From Camelus ferus (taxonomy: Eukaryota): 64,000 nucleotides of DNA. Shown here piece after piece: positions 52,606 to 64,000 of this stretch. Below the pieces are notes generated by a model. That model searched no databases and had not been told where the DNA came from. It worked only from the letters and a program-made list of their open reading frames with translations. The translations under genes and the position numbers were made by a program. The stretch lies in contig NC_045696.1 in NCBI RefSeq assembly GCF_009834535.1, positions 22,756,001 to 22,820,000 on the forward strand, in the 5' to 3' direction. How positions within the stretch are numbered: the first letter of the stretch is position 1; each line of letters begins with the position of its first letter.

Positions 52606-52629
52606 TCTTGTGGTTTCCAAACAATAAAT

Positions 52630-52649
52630 TCTATCTATCTATCTATCTG

Positions 52650-52687
<38 letters not shown>

Positions 52688-52695
52688 CATCTATC
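52630..52695. repeat. (TCTA)n microsatellite
   Basis: Directly visible. Confidence 0.95.
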
Positions 52696-53371
52696 AATGG
52701 CAGAATGAAAACATTAAAACTTATTATACATTTTCCAGGAGCCAAATAGCTGGCAGCCTGCTGAGGTATCCACAGTTAGAAACCACAACTGAAAGGTCTG
52801 TGGTGATTCCCACCGACAGCAAGTGCTAGCAGGTTTTCTGTCCAAATGTCCCTCGTAAAAGAGCCATGGGGCACCCTATAATTGTAGATCCCTGATTGCC
52901 TTCCAACAGAAGGATCTGAAAAGCACCAGGTTAGCACCTATAGCAAAAACAGTCACTTATCTAATTTATATGATTTAAAAAACCCAAAAAACAAACAACA
53001 AAAAAAACCACCTAGTGAGCTTCCAAATGAGTCAGCTACATCCCATTTTCAATAGGAAGGCAGCTAACTTCCTTCTTCTTTTAGTTTCTGGTAATATTTT
53101 ACCTCCACTCATGAACTAGGAGAAAGAAAAAGAGCATACTTGGTTTAAGTCTAAGTTAGTTGTAGTTGCTAAAAAATAAAAACAGTAGAGTACAAGTAGG
53201 CAGGCCTGGAATTGCTGCTCTATGGAAATTCATTTACAATGGTTAGATAGCTTTTAACTCACTCTGTGTCTGCTTAGAAAAACTAGTATTAGTTGCTTAA
53301 GGCATTTTGGTCAGGTAGCAAAACAAGTCTCTTTCCCACTGTGTAAAGCCTAGGCTTTGAAGCTATGGGAG

Positions 53372-53398
53372 CAACAACAACAACAACAACAACAACAA
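53372..53398. repeat. (CAA)n microsatellite
   Basis: Directly visible. Confidence 0.93.
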
Positions 53399-53559
53399 AA
53401 AACCCCAAAATAATCTCTGCCCTTGATATATTTTAGAAGAGAGAAATCTCTATAGCTGACAGTACATAGGAGAGGTTTTGCATGGTTGACCAGTTCTCTC
53501 AAAAACAGAAATGCCTAGAAGAAGGCAGAGATGTGAATTGCATTTAACCTGGACTAATG

Positions 53560-53720
53560 TCTTTGGAGTCATAATAGCCTGAAATAAAATCCTGGGTAAA
53601 CCCCATAGCAGCTGGCGTTGCCTTGGGGCCTGTTACTTAACTTCTCTAAGCCTCACTTTCTTTACCTCTTTAGTGGGGATCAAAGAACACATTTCTCAGG
53701 GTGACTGTGAATATTATATT
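53560..53720 (+). mobile_element. MIR SINE
   Basis: ccttggggcctgttacttaacttctctaagcctcactttc. Confidence 0.6.
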
Positions 53721-56367
53721 ACAGGAATAAAACAAATTCTGAGCAACATGTTTTACATTACCAACTTTGACTTTAAGTTATATAAACTTTTATTTTAAAT
53801 GAAGGTATTTTACTGAACTGGAACTGACAACACCTTAGTAAAAATTTAATAGCTAACATTGGAATGGGAGTTTCCTTAAATGGTAACATTTCCCCAAACA
53901 GAACTTTTGCTAAGCTTAAATTGTCAAGTTATTAAAAAAAAAAAAAAAAGTACAGTTGGCTAACTTACACTAAAATTTAAAACCCAAACTTGAAAAATGT
54001 TTCAAGATAATTCAGTTTTATCTGATTGCTTAGTGGGGCAATTTCAGCTATCATGGAGTGTTAAATTGGAGACATAGATAAGTAGTACCTAGTGCATGCC
54101 AGTGACAGATGTTTGTAATCAAACTAAGCTAACTGCAACTTTCTGAATTTCCTGGATGAAATGTATTTTATTTGGAAAAACAAATCTGAGACCTTGTTAA
54201 ATGTGTGAGGATTATTTGGAGTGATATGAAAGGGCTAACAAAATGTAATGGAACTATGACACTGTAATTTGAATAAGTTATAGCTCAACTGTGCTGGATC
54301 TTCTGTATATTGGTACTTAAAATTGTAATATTGTAAACTTTTTATAGAATGTATAAAACATTGTTGCATGTGATCTTCAGGGTGGATGTTTCCAATTGTC
54401 TGTTATATATCTCTTCTTAATTATTCTTAGTACTAAACTTGTTGCATGTCACCTTTAGTTATAAGATTATTCAAAACAGAGGTATTGAATATCTGTGTGC
54501 ATATATTCAAGCTTTCTAAAGGATCAGAATTTAGTAGTGGAAGTTGCTGGGATAAAACAATATTAACAACAACAATGACAACAATGGGAAAAGCAAAACA
54601 TAAAAAAAATAAGGGACTTGATTTACAGGAGTAAGTTTCTTTATATTCATTGTGCTACTTTGTGATGGGAAGTGGCTGGAAGTGCTTTTTCAGGGAGCTT
54701 GTTTCTGCTAAAATAATGATAGCTAGCGGATTCTTCTGGTCCTTTACCTAGGAATCCCTCTATGTTGCTTTAGTCACCAGTCAAGAAGAAATAATATGCA
54801 AGCATCATTCAGTAATAGCATACTCTACCCATGTAGTGTTATCTAATTATAATCCTTGTTAGCGTACCACTTTTCCCCAAAGCTAGAATGGGATAAGAAA
54901 CAGAGATAGGGGAGGAGGATGACTAATGAACCATAAAAGCTCCTTTATGGTTTATTCAAATAAAATCTAATCTTATAACAAAAAATTAAAGTTTCTAGAT
55001 CTTTGGGGAACAGCTGTCATTTAAACACATGGCTAAGAGTGACAATAAGTAGCACGGGGGATAGAAAAAGAAAATCACGGAGATCAAAAAGATGATGAGA
55101 ATGAATTTTTAAATCCATTAGGAAAAAGAAAGCAAATGACACAGAGAAACAGCAGTCTGTGACTTTAAAAACTGTCATCACATAAAGCACACTGCTTCTA
55201 GGATTACTCACCTACCAATTTAGCACCAAGATGTTGATCTGTTGAATAGTACGTCCCTGAAAGGGACAGACTTTTTGTTTGTTTGTTTTTAACAATTATC
55301 TGCTAAAAACAGGAAAAGAAACCAGCCTAAACTAGATTTCCAAACATAGTGAAGATCTAATGGTAACAAGTTAAATATCAAAAGTTTGATTTTGGTCAAA
55401 AGGAAATAAATAAATGTTCAAAAGCTTTGATAGTTAAACTCACATGGTGCTCTGGTTAACACTAAGCATATAAAATGTTGTTGTAATATAAGGAAGAAAA
55501 TGACCAAAGTGAAACGTGTACATATCTCATTAATTTCAAAATAATTGGGAACATTGAAGTACAAAGGTGTTCTCATAAAATTACATTCATATCCATCTAT
55601 GAAATATAGATACAGTCTTATCTGCATCTGTGTAAGTAAGTAGGGATGGATATTGGGAAAAGTAAATATGCAAACTAGTTCCAGAAAACATAGAAAATGA
55701 AGTCAAGAAAGAATGATCGCCTCCGGTGGCCACACACAGTGATCAGATGGGAAAGGGTCTGATCATGTGTAGCAAGATGATGAATTAGCTGCTGTAGGAA
55801 GAAGGTGGCTATCTGGACCCTAACTAATCCACCGTCCTCAAAGATGAACCTTCTGAATTAACGTGGTTATCATAGGGAGATGTTAAGGGAGTTAAATAAA
55901 CAATAAACTGAAGTGGGCGTTGTTTGAGCAGCTGTTGATAGATGTGGCAGTGACAAAAGGAGACCTAGGGGAAGAGTGGGGACAGAGATGGAGAGAAATA
56001 CAAGTGGAATTCCTTACTAGCTCAGTGGCTTCAGAAAGGTTTTCATCTCCCAAGTGATTCATGGAAAGAAGTCAAAGTGACTGCTGCTTCCATGCCTTTT
56101 CTGGTTAGTAGGGAAGATGGCTGACGATATGAGGGACAGATGGGAAGCGGTCTTTATGGCAGAACTGATTTGGTAATAGTAGCTTGAAATTTTGTAAGGG
56201 TTTAGTGCATGGAAAATATATCAAGGTAAGGAGGGTCAATGAGATCATTTATGAAACATTTACCTATTTACCTCAATTCCTAGAACACGATAGATAATTA
56301 CTGTTTAGTTCTTTTTCCCTTTATACATGTGTGTATATTTTAGTCATGTATATATATATATTTAGTT

Positions 56368-56384
56368 GTGTGTGTGTGTGTGTG

Positions 56385-56429
<45 letters not shown>
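56368..56429. repeat. Compound (TG)n(TA)n microsatellite
   Basis: Directly visible. Confidence 0.95.
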
Positions 56430-56430
<1 letters not shown>

Positions 56431-59400
56431 AAATTTTGTATATAAATATGTATATTTATTTCTGGGCCAGTCACCTAATCTTATGATACCTAAATTTCCT
56501 CATCTGTAAAATGATGCTAATTTATGGTGCCTTTTTGAGGTATCAAATGTTTGGCAATTTTTGAGTCACCTCTACTGTAATTAGAAATCGTGACTGAAAA
56601 TGGGTTCTTCCCAGGAAAGATTCACTTTAAAGTTAGCATTGCTTCTATTGTATCTTTAAAGTGCCTCTGCAGGATTTTATATAATCCAATGTGCTGGGAA
56701 AAAAGGAAGAATAATGACCTAAACAGGAAAATAGCATTTAAGTTTAGCTCCATTGCATTACTTAAGGATTCTCTAAGAATAATAGACACCAAAATAGTAC
56801 AAAACTACCTCGACTTTAAGAGATCATACAATATTCATTACCCCAGCTAAAATAACGCATAATAGAAGCATTCAGCACTTTCTAAACCATTTCACTTTCG
56901 GTTTGGCTGATGGCTTTCGAGCCATTGTTTATGTTAAGTGTAGCAACGTTGAGGGAGATAATACGTGTTATTAAACCCTTAACTGTGTATCTGCATCAGC
57001 CATCCCCTCTTGAAAGGTCTAGCAGTGTTAGGCTTAGACATTTCAATTAAGTTAACCATTTCGTGTCCTATTCTACATAGTAACTATTTGAAATATCAAA
57101 AACTGAAAGTTTTATTTTAAATCATCCTTTTACTTTAAAAACAAAGAAACCAAATGGGGGCAATTCTATGTGATCGACATCCTTTGGCTCACTAGTTAAA
57201 TAACCAGCAGGGTCCAGCTCTATTCGGATACAACGTCGCCAGATGCTAGACATAAAGGGGGCAAAAACTACAAGCAATTTGATCCTCACTCTAATATACC
57301 AAAAGAAAGTCATAATAGAAGAAGCAAGCAGAGTCAAATGCACAAAAGCATCTTGCTGTCTGGCACAAATTGTGTCATTACAGCCAGTAAATAATGATGA
57401 CTCTTTCTTCCTTAAAATCATGGAATTATAGAATGAACTGTCATAGCTTCTGTATTTGTCACTTACAGAGTAAACTTCTTCGGTGACTACAGACACGCTG
57501 AAGTTTCCATTGGGCTTGGAATCAGTTCCAGAATATCAAATACATTTGGGTCCAGGTCCTATTTTTCAGCTAGAGGGAATGGAAGGGGCAAAGATATGGG
57601 GTTTATTTTTTTTAACTGGATGTAGCCCACACTTGTTCTGGACACTGCATAATGAAATAGATGCAGGGAAGGAAGTTCAAATAAAGAGATAAGAGTATAA
57701 ATGGAGATGCTGGTGATATTGGCAACCAGTAGCACTTGAGAAGGAGAACCAGGAATGAGGTGCAGAGCAGCTGGATCAGGCATTTCAGGGTCCAAGTCTA
57801 TGACTCTGGGCCTTCGCCCTATGCTTGACACAGCACATCTAGAAAGGATTAGGGTATCTCCTCTTTTAAGTGTAATTAAATCTGATCTGCACTAGGAAAA
57901 CCAAACTTTTAAAAAATATAGAGAATGCAATATCCAGTGACAACTTAATCTAAGGGAGAGATTTGTGCTCAGTTAATGAAAAAAAAAATAGGTAAAATCT
58001 AGAAGACATAGAATAGTGGAGAAAAAGAAATTTAAGTAGAAATTGACAACATTACATATTAGGTTTAGTCAGCATTCTAGTGTCAGGATATTTGACTCCA
58101 GTAAATATTAGAAGTATTGGCAAAATTTTGCTGTATGTTCAAAATTTATGTACAAATACTCATATGAATAACTTTTTAAGGAGAGTGAAAAACGCAGTAT
58201 GTATCTTTATATAAGATACCAAAACTCTGACAGGATTATATTCTTTGATTCTAAATTCTTTTGTCTTTTATTACAAAATTAATATCAGATCCTGGACTTC
58301 CACAAAGACTGTTTGTATTTGTTCAAGAAACCTCAAATTCATGACTGCTAATATGGCATGTAACTGTCCGCATAAAATGGAATAAAACATTACAGAAATG
58401 TTTAAGTGATCCTTCAGACACTTAATGAGAAATCCTGCTTAGTTGATAATGTCAGTGTCAAAGAAGTTCAAGAACTCTTGGCTGAATTCAGCTGAACCCC
58501 AGCAAAAGTGTGTGTTGAACAATCTCATTTATCTGCTTAAGTGACTCTTTTTTGCATACTGACCTTTATATTCATGGCTCAGCAAAATTGCATATTACAA
58601 AATGGCAGCAGCCTCTGGAATTTGTTTTGAAAGTTCCACCCAAAGATTAAATTGATGAATGCTGTGGTCTATCTGCAAAGCATTATAATTTGGAGAAATT
58701 TTATAAAATTCCATTTTGCATCTCACAAATCTGTTTCCCATCAAATTAAAACATTCTTTGGAATGTCTTATACTATAGAGTAAGAAATATGTGTTAAAAT
58801 TATTTCCTGAAAGAGATGTGGGGTGCACTGTATATCAGCACAATACTTATTTAGATATTTAATAAAATGACCTGGGTAACATTGTACCTATACATTATAC
58901 AATATATACATACAATATATATACACATATATATGTACAATACAATACTACACATACACTATATATATATATAAAATTTTTGTTGGATATATCCCCAGTT
59001 TTTTTCTGTAATCACAGATGATGCTTCTGTCTGTATATAACCTTAGGATGGAGGAGGGATCTTAAAAAGGTTACCCAGTATATTGTCACCTACAAAGATT
59101 ATATCACTTATTCCAGGTACAATAGCTACAATATCATAGACATCTGGAATTGAAAATAACATGTGACCCATTTTTGCCTGTCTGAATATTGAATCATCAC
59201 TGCAACATTCCAAACAGATTTTAATCCAGTCTCTGAACATATCCAATTTGTTTTTGAGGAAAATGGTGTGTCCTTTGAATCTGAAGTCCAAAAGTCTGAA
59301 TGAGGTCCATCCTTCCTTCAATCTCTCGGACTTCTGACCTTTTCCTCTTTGGTATAAAGAGTGTACTGTCAAGACAACCACTGAGATTTTGTATGACTCT

Positions 59401-60125
59401 CAGGTTTTATGACTATCTCACTCTCTGAGAGCCAAGGGATCTTTTCAAATCCTGCACTGCTCTTGCTGTTTGAGGGTATTCCTTGGGTCCAGCCGAGACG
59501 TATCCCTGTGTCCTTTCAGCATCCTTTCTCTGAGTCATCTCTCTTAGTCTTCTGAGTCTCAATTAGGATCTGCATCCTTACACTGCTCAGGAACAAGTCC
59601 TAAATTCTAATACTCTTTAAGAGCCAGGGCTTTCTCATTTGTGTGTGACAATATTCTTTTTGATGAAAGTGAAGTCAGTCTTTGGCTCTCTTCTTAAAGA
59701 AGCTAAAACAAAAGGGGCCATCAAATACACTCTCTGCTGGATTACACAAACTATTATGTATGATGGAGTGGACCCCCTTCAGTAGGCATGGAGATCACCT
59801 GGAATGTCCAGATGGTTCCTCAGAATGAGGGTTTTCAAAAGACCATTGCGAGACATATGTGTCTGGTTAGAATGTTTAACCTTCATGGTCTTTAATCATG
59901 TAGCATTATGTGAAATGCCACTGGCTGAATGGCTTGATGGAGTGTTTTGAGGCTGAAGAGTTTCCAGTCTCCTGGCCACCACCAGAGGCCCTGCAGACAC
60001 TGGGAACGTGGTTCCTGCAGTCTGAATGCCTCACTGTTGGTCTATGAGAAAAGAAGGCAGATGGGAGCTGGTTTTCACATTGTGCAGCACGGACATAAGG
60101 GATGCTGTGATCAGATAGTGAATGA

Positions 60126-60160
60126 GACAGACAGACAGACAGACAGACAGAGACAGATAG
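60126..60160. repeat. (GACA)n microsatellite
   Basis: Directly visible. Confidence 0.9.
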
Positions 60161-60469
60161 AAAGAAAGAGAGATCGACCCCTGAGGTGGGTCAGGAAATA
60201 TCTGTCTCCATTCTTCATTAGTTATTGATCATCTCAAAGATATGTTTCCCTCAAAATTAAGTTCATATAAAGAAGATACTTTGGGGGAATTTTAATTCTC
60301 TGAGGGCAAAAATACCACCTGTTGTGCAAGTTCATTACTCTGCACACCGTAAACACGGATGGAACTAGAGAGGATGAAAAGCCCATAGCTGTTCACTTTA
60401 AGGGCAGCTGATGTGTGTGGGGAGTGGTTTCACAATGGGAGGCATTTGCATTGGCCCATCCTCACAGAG

Positions 60470-60650
60470 AGTGTTGACTCCGCTACTATTAGCTGGGGCG
60501 AGTATCTGAATGTCTCTGAACTTCAGTATTCTCATCCATAAAGTTGGAATAATTTCTGGGTTATGGTGAGAATTAGATAAAATACACCATGCAAAGAGTG
60601 TGTCACAGTGCCTGAAACTTACTCAACTCGTAAAGCAGGCTATTACTAAT
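60470..60650 (+). mobile_element. MIR SINE
   Basis: ctctgaacttcagtattctcatccataaagttggaataat...gggttatggtgagaattagataa. Confidence 0.7.
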
Positions 60651-61778
60651 TCTTCAGTAGGATCTTAATGCCCAGAGCATGCTTGTTAGGAATGGTGATA
60701 AAGTTTTAGCAGCAGAACTTAACCTAGGACCCTTCTGTGTATGCAAATGCCTTGTCCTGTACTTGGTGATGATGTAGGCCGTTTCAGTGTTCATCTCTCT
60801 GACACGAAGTTTTTATGCTTCAGATTTTATTTTTCAAAAACGTTGGTTACCAGACCTTGCTCTGATACTTCTGAAGAGCATTGGGTCTTGATGGCAACAT
60901 CTCTGCTTGCTTTGCAGAGTCCCGATTCTATCCGAACAGGAGCATCTGAGCTCTCTTTCATGTACTGGGGTGGGGGTGGGGGTGGGGTGGCATGGGGTCA
61001 GCATCTTTGTTGTTGTTGCTGAAACTCTGGAAAGAGAGCTGTACGTGGAGCTGTGCTGGCCAATTTGGCAGCGTGCTTTTTTCAGCCCACTTGGCTGTGC
61101 ACAATATTCTGTCTGAGTTTGGGAAGATCTGTCTGCTTTTTTTCCTTTGTAGAGAGGCTATGAGAAATGAGGCGGTGGATTTGTCTTATACAACAGCCTG
61201 GAAAAATAGGCCAGGGCCTAACAAATAAGAAGAGTTGCATGGCCTCATTCCAGAGAGTTCCTGGCTGGAGACCGGACGACAGGTTGAGACGCCTTCTGAT
61301 AGATTTTGCACTAACTGCCCTCTTTCCCGAAACAAGTCCTGCTTAAAATAAAAGGTGGGGGGTGGGCAGGGGGAGGTGTGGATCCTTACATAGTGTGAGA
61401 TCCCTTTATGAAGAATCAATATTATGCAGATTTAGAGGCCGCAGGTCGAATCACGTATCCCAAAGCCCAGCAGTAAACCCTGCAACCCGCGTGTACGGCA
61501 GGGAGCTATGAAAAGGCACAGGTGTGACCTTGCTCCCCTCCCTCCCTCCATGTTCCTCATTTGAGAATAGCCTAAACCAGCTTCATGCCGTAGAACCTCA
61601 AATGACCACACACTGTCCCTTTCTGCTGTGTTTATCGATGCAAAGCCCTGTGTCCTTGTAGGGTCTGCCTGTTCCAGGCAACTTCTTATATTTTCCTCCT
61701 TGTTTTATTTTTCAGTTAGTGAGGGAGCCCCAGACATGAACTGTAACTGAGGTTTCTCACTGTGTACTCTGCCCCCCT

Positions 61779-61779
<1 letters not shown>

Positions 61780-61817
<38 letters not shown>

Positions 61818-61833
61818 CTCTCTCTCTCTCTCT
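61780..61833. repeat. Compound (CA)n(CT)n microsatellite
   Basis: Directly visible. Confidence 0.95.
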
Positions 61834-62905
61834 GCTGTTTGAATTACATTTTCCAGTAATGACTGAGTGAGGTCTTTCCTATCAGGCACCCTTGGTTATT
61901 TTGGTTTGGAATTCAGGGAATGGGAGAGGCTGGAATATCATCAATCTCAGAGGCAGCTGATCTGACTCAGCGTCTGCATCAAACATATTGCTCTGGAAAT
62001 GCAGTCCCCTCCTCACTGCGAACACCTCCAGTTTCTGCCTTCCCTGAGCGTCGCTTACTTAACTCCGTGACTGCTTGTACGGGTTCTGATGGCCGTGGAC
62101 TGAAGCTCTGTTTCTTCATCTCAGAATAATGCTCCCAGAGCTGCTTTATGGAGCCATTCACAGAGAAGAGCAGTAACGAGCCCAACGGCATGGCTTCCTT
62201 TTCTGTATTCTGTAACGTTCTTGTCCCAGCCGACTGTGTCTGGCAGCCGCACAATGAGTCCCTGCATGTGTCAGGGAGATGGATGAGACCTGCAGTGTCT
62301 GCATCTCAGCACTGGCTCTGTGAGCTCCTGATGAACCTTACCTCGGGGATGCTAGATTCTGTGCCATTGAATTAGAAAGGCAAACCACCCCCTTCCAAGA
62401 AATGTCTTATTTTCTCCCAACACAAAATGCTTTAATGGAAATAATGACACGCATTAGGTCCTTTGATGGATAGCACAGTGTACTTTCGTCCTCAGTATTT
62501 CTGATTATAGGACTCTCTGTTTTTGCCTCGTTGCTCTGTTACTGTTTTTTTGAAGCTAAAACAAAAAAGAGGCTACTGGTAGAGATGGTAGTTCCTCCTA
62601 AGCACTTCACACATCTTTGCTCTCAGAATGGAATCAGAAAAAGTAAGTTGCAAAGGATATTAATGAGCCCCCCTCATTTCCTTATCAGGGAAGTAGCCAG
62701 TTAGTTTGGGGAAAGTCTGTTCTGATCTAAATTGACTGGTTTTTGTTTCAGCACGAAATCGGTTCTGAACTGTGCACGAATGTGATGGATTATTAGTAAG
62801 GTCTCAGTGCTGCTAGAACCATTCAGGCACATCCGAGCAGAATGGGATTATGTGGGATATGAGCCAAAGGACAAACAACAATGACTCCTTCTACTATCTG
62901 TTTTC

Positions 62906-63078
62906 TAGGGCTGACTTCACGTAACTTGCACTGTCACACAGGGCCCTGCACTTAGATGGGCAGTTTAATGCTCTGCTAGCATTGTATCGTCTCGAAATTC
63001 TTGATAATTTGTGAACAATAGGACCTGAATTTAATTTTGCACTGGCCCAGAAAATTATGTATGTAGTGTTGGTGCCAG
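62906..63078. mobile_element. MER91A hAT-Tip100 MITE
   Basis: agggctgacttcac...gtcacacagggccctgcacttaga...tttaatgctctgct...gaaattcttgataattt...ttttgcactggccc. Confidence 0.8.
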
Positions 63079-64000
63079 GCACCGCTCTATGCTTTGTGAC
63101 TGATAAATAACAGGATTCCTCCTTGGTGTTCCTTCCTTCTTAGTTTTGACTGAGAAATGCAGGACAGACCCCAGCGTCGGTGTCAGGACACCAACGTGAG
63201 CCCGAGCAGCCTGCCCACCCACATGAAAGCTTGCGCTGGAAGTGGTCACGAGAAGTTGTTCCGTATGCCTCGGACCCTTCAGCCAGATCAATGGTCTAAA
63301 TTAAGGATTTGAGAGAGAAGATGTGTGCAGATACCTCTTCAAAGAGAGCAATTCCCCCACTATGAGTTCCCCCTCCTGTTCGTGGTTAGGAGGATAAGGA
63401 CCTTTCTCTTGCCTGAGAAAATTACAACAGACTATGGCTTAGATCCAACTCATACCTGGAAATTTATAAGTTAAGGGAAAGATGAAATAGGGGATCAAAA
63501 GGAAGTGATCTAGTTTTCTGGAACAAGGGATGATGCATGAGATCTGGCTGTGGGCCACGTGGAAGAGAGCCTTGGTGTAGAATCATCTTAGGTCTTCCAA
63601 GGCCTATCTTGTGGCTTCTGGAGGCACGAGAAGACCCCAGGGAGAGGATGTTCAGCTGGTGAGTAGTAGCTAATTTGGGAGCCTAAGCCCTGAAATAGAA
63701 AGGTATTTGTTGAGACCAAGGGAACCATGAGAGAGATTGGCCAAAGAGAACATTCAGAAAGCCCCCTAGAGCAACCATGAGGACAGAGGTCAGCTGTGAG
63801 CATCTGCACAGCCTTCCGCTAAGAGCTGCCACCTTGAACTATCTGACAGACCAGAAAGCATCGAGCCGCCCAGGTGTTACTTCTTCTCTCTCATTCCAGC
63901 TTTGATCCCAAAATGAAGCTGGGGCCTGGGAGAGATGGTGAACTGGAAGGGAGAAGGCACCAGAGCCCTTGCACCACTGTAAGTGCCAGCCTAAAACAGG

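Noticed and set aside
56904..57002. Inverted repeat tggctgatg/catcagcca as a possible miRNA stem
   Set aside because: Only 9 bp of pairing with a long unpaired interior; not a pre-miRNA-like hairpin.
59043..59381. 112-aa minus ORF and a plus-strand AG...GT pair
   Set aside because: No homology recognised and the splice signals are weak.
61920..62375. Cluster of short ORFs in a GC-richer region
   Set aside because: No domain similarity or convincing splice boundaries.

Overview
AT-rich eutherian mammal genomic DNA, intergenic or deep intronic. I recognise no protein-coding exon of a known gene, no RNA gene and no CpG island. The only ORFs with recognisable protein similarity are fragments of L1 ORF1/ORF2 or CR1 reverse transcriptase. 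Much of the window is interspersed repeat: old and young L1, L2, CR1/L3, MIR, MaLR (MLT1) and ERVL (MLT2, LTR16 plus internal) LTRs, hAT and Tigger MITEs, and microsatellites. I saw no Alu, B1, Bov-tA, PRE1 or Can-SINE; with the style of the young L1 3' ends this suggests a laurasiatherian, possibly camelid (inference only). Repeat names come from my recollection of consensus sequences, and boundaries are approximate unless a TSD or TIR is quoted. The most notable observations are: (1) three locally templated duplications in 29.1-32.6 kb, including a 31-bp piece of an LTR copied into an L1; (2) an RFX X-box promoter-like cluster at about 15.05 kb with a downstream splice donor; (3) an L1 stub joined to an atypical polyadenylated tail at 47.3-47.7 kb; (4) a young L1 with a perfect TSD. 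I found no evidence for a novel coding system.
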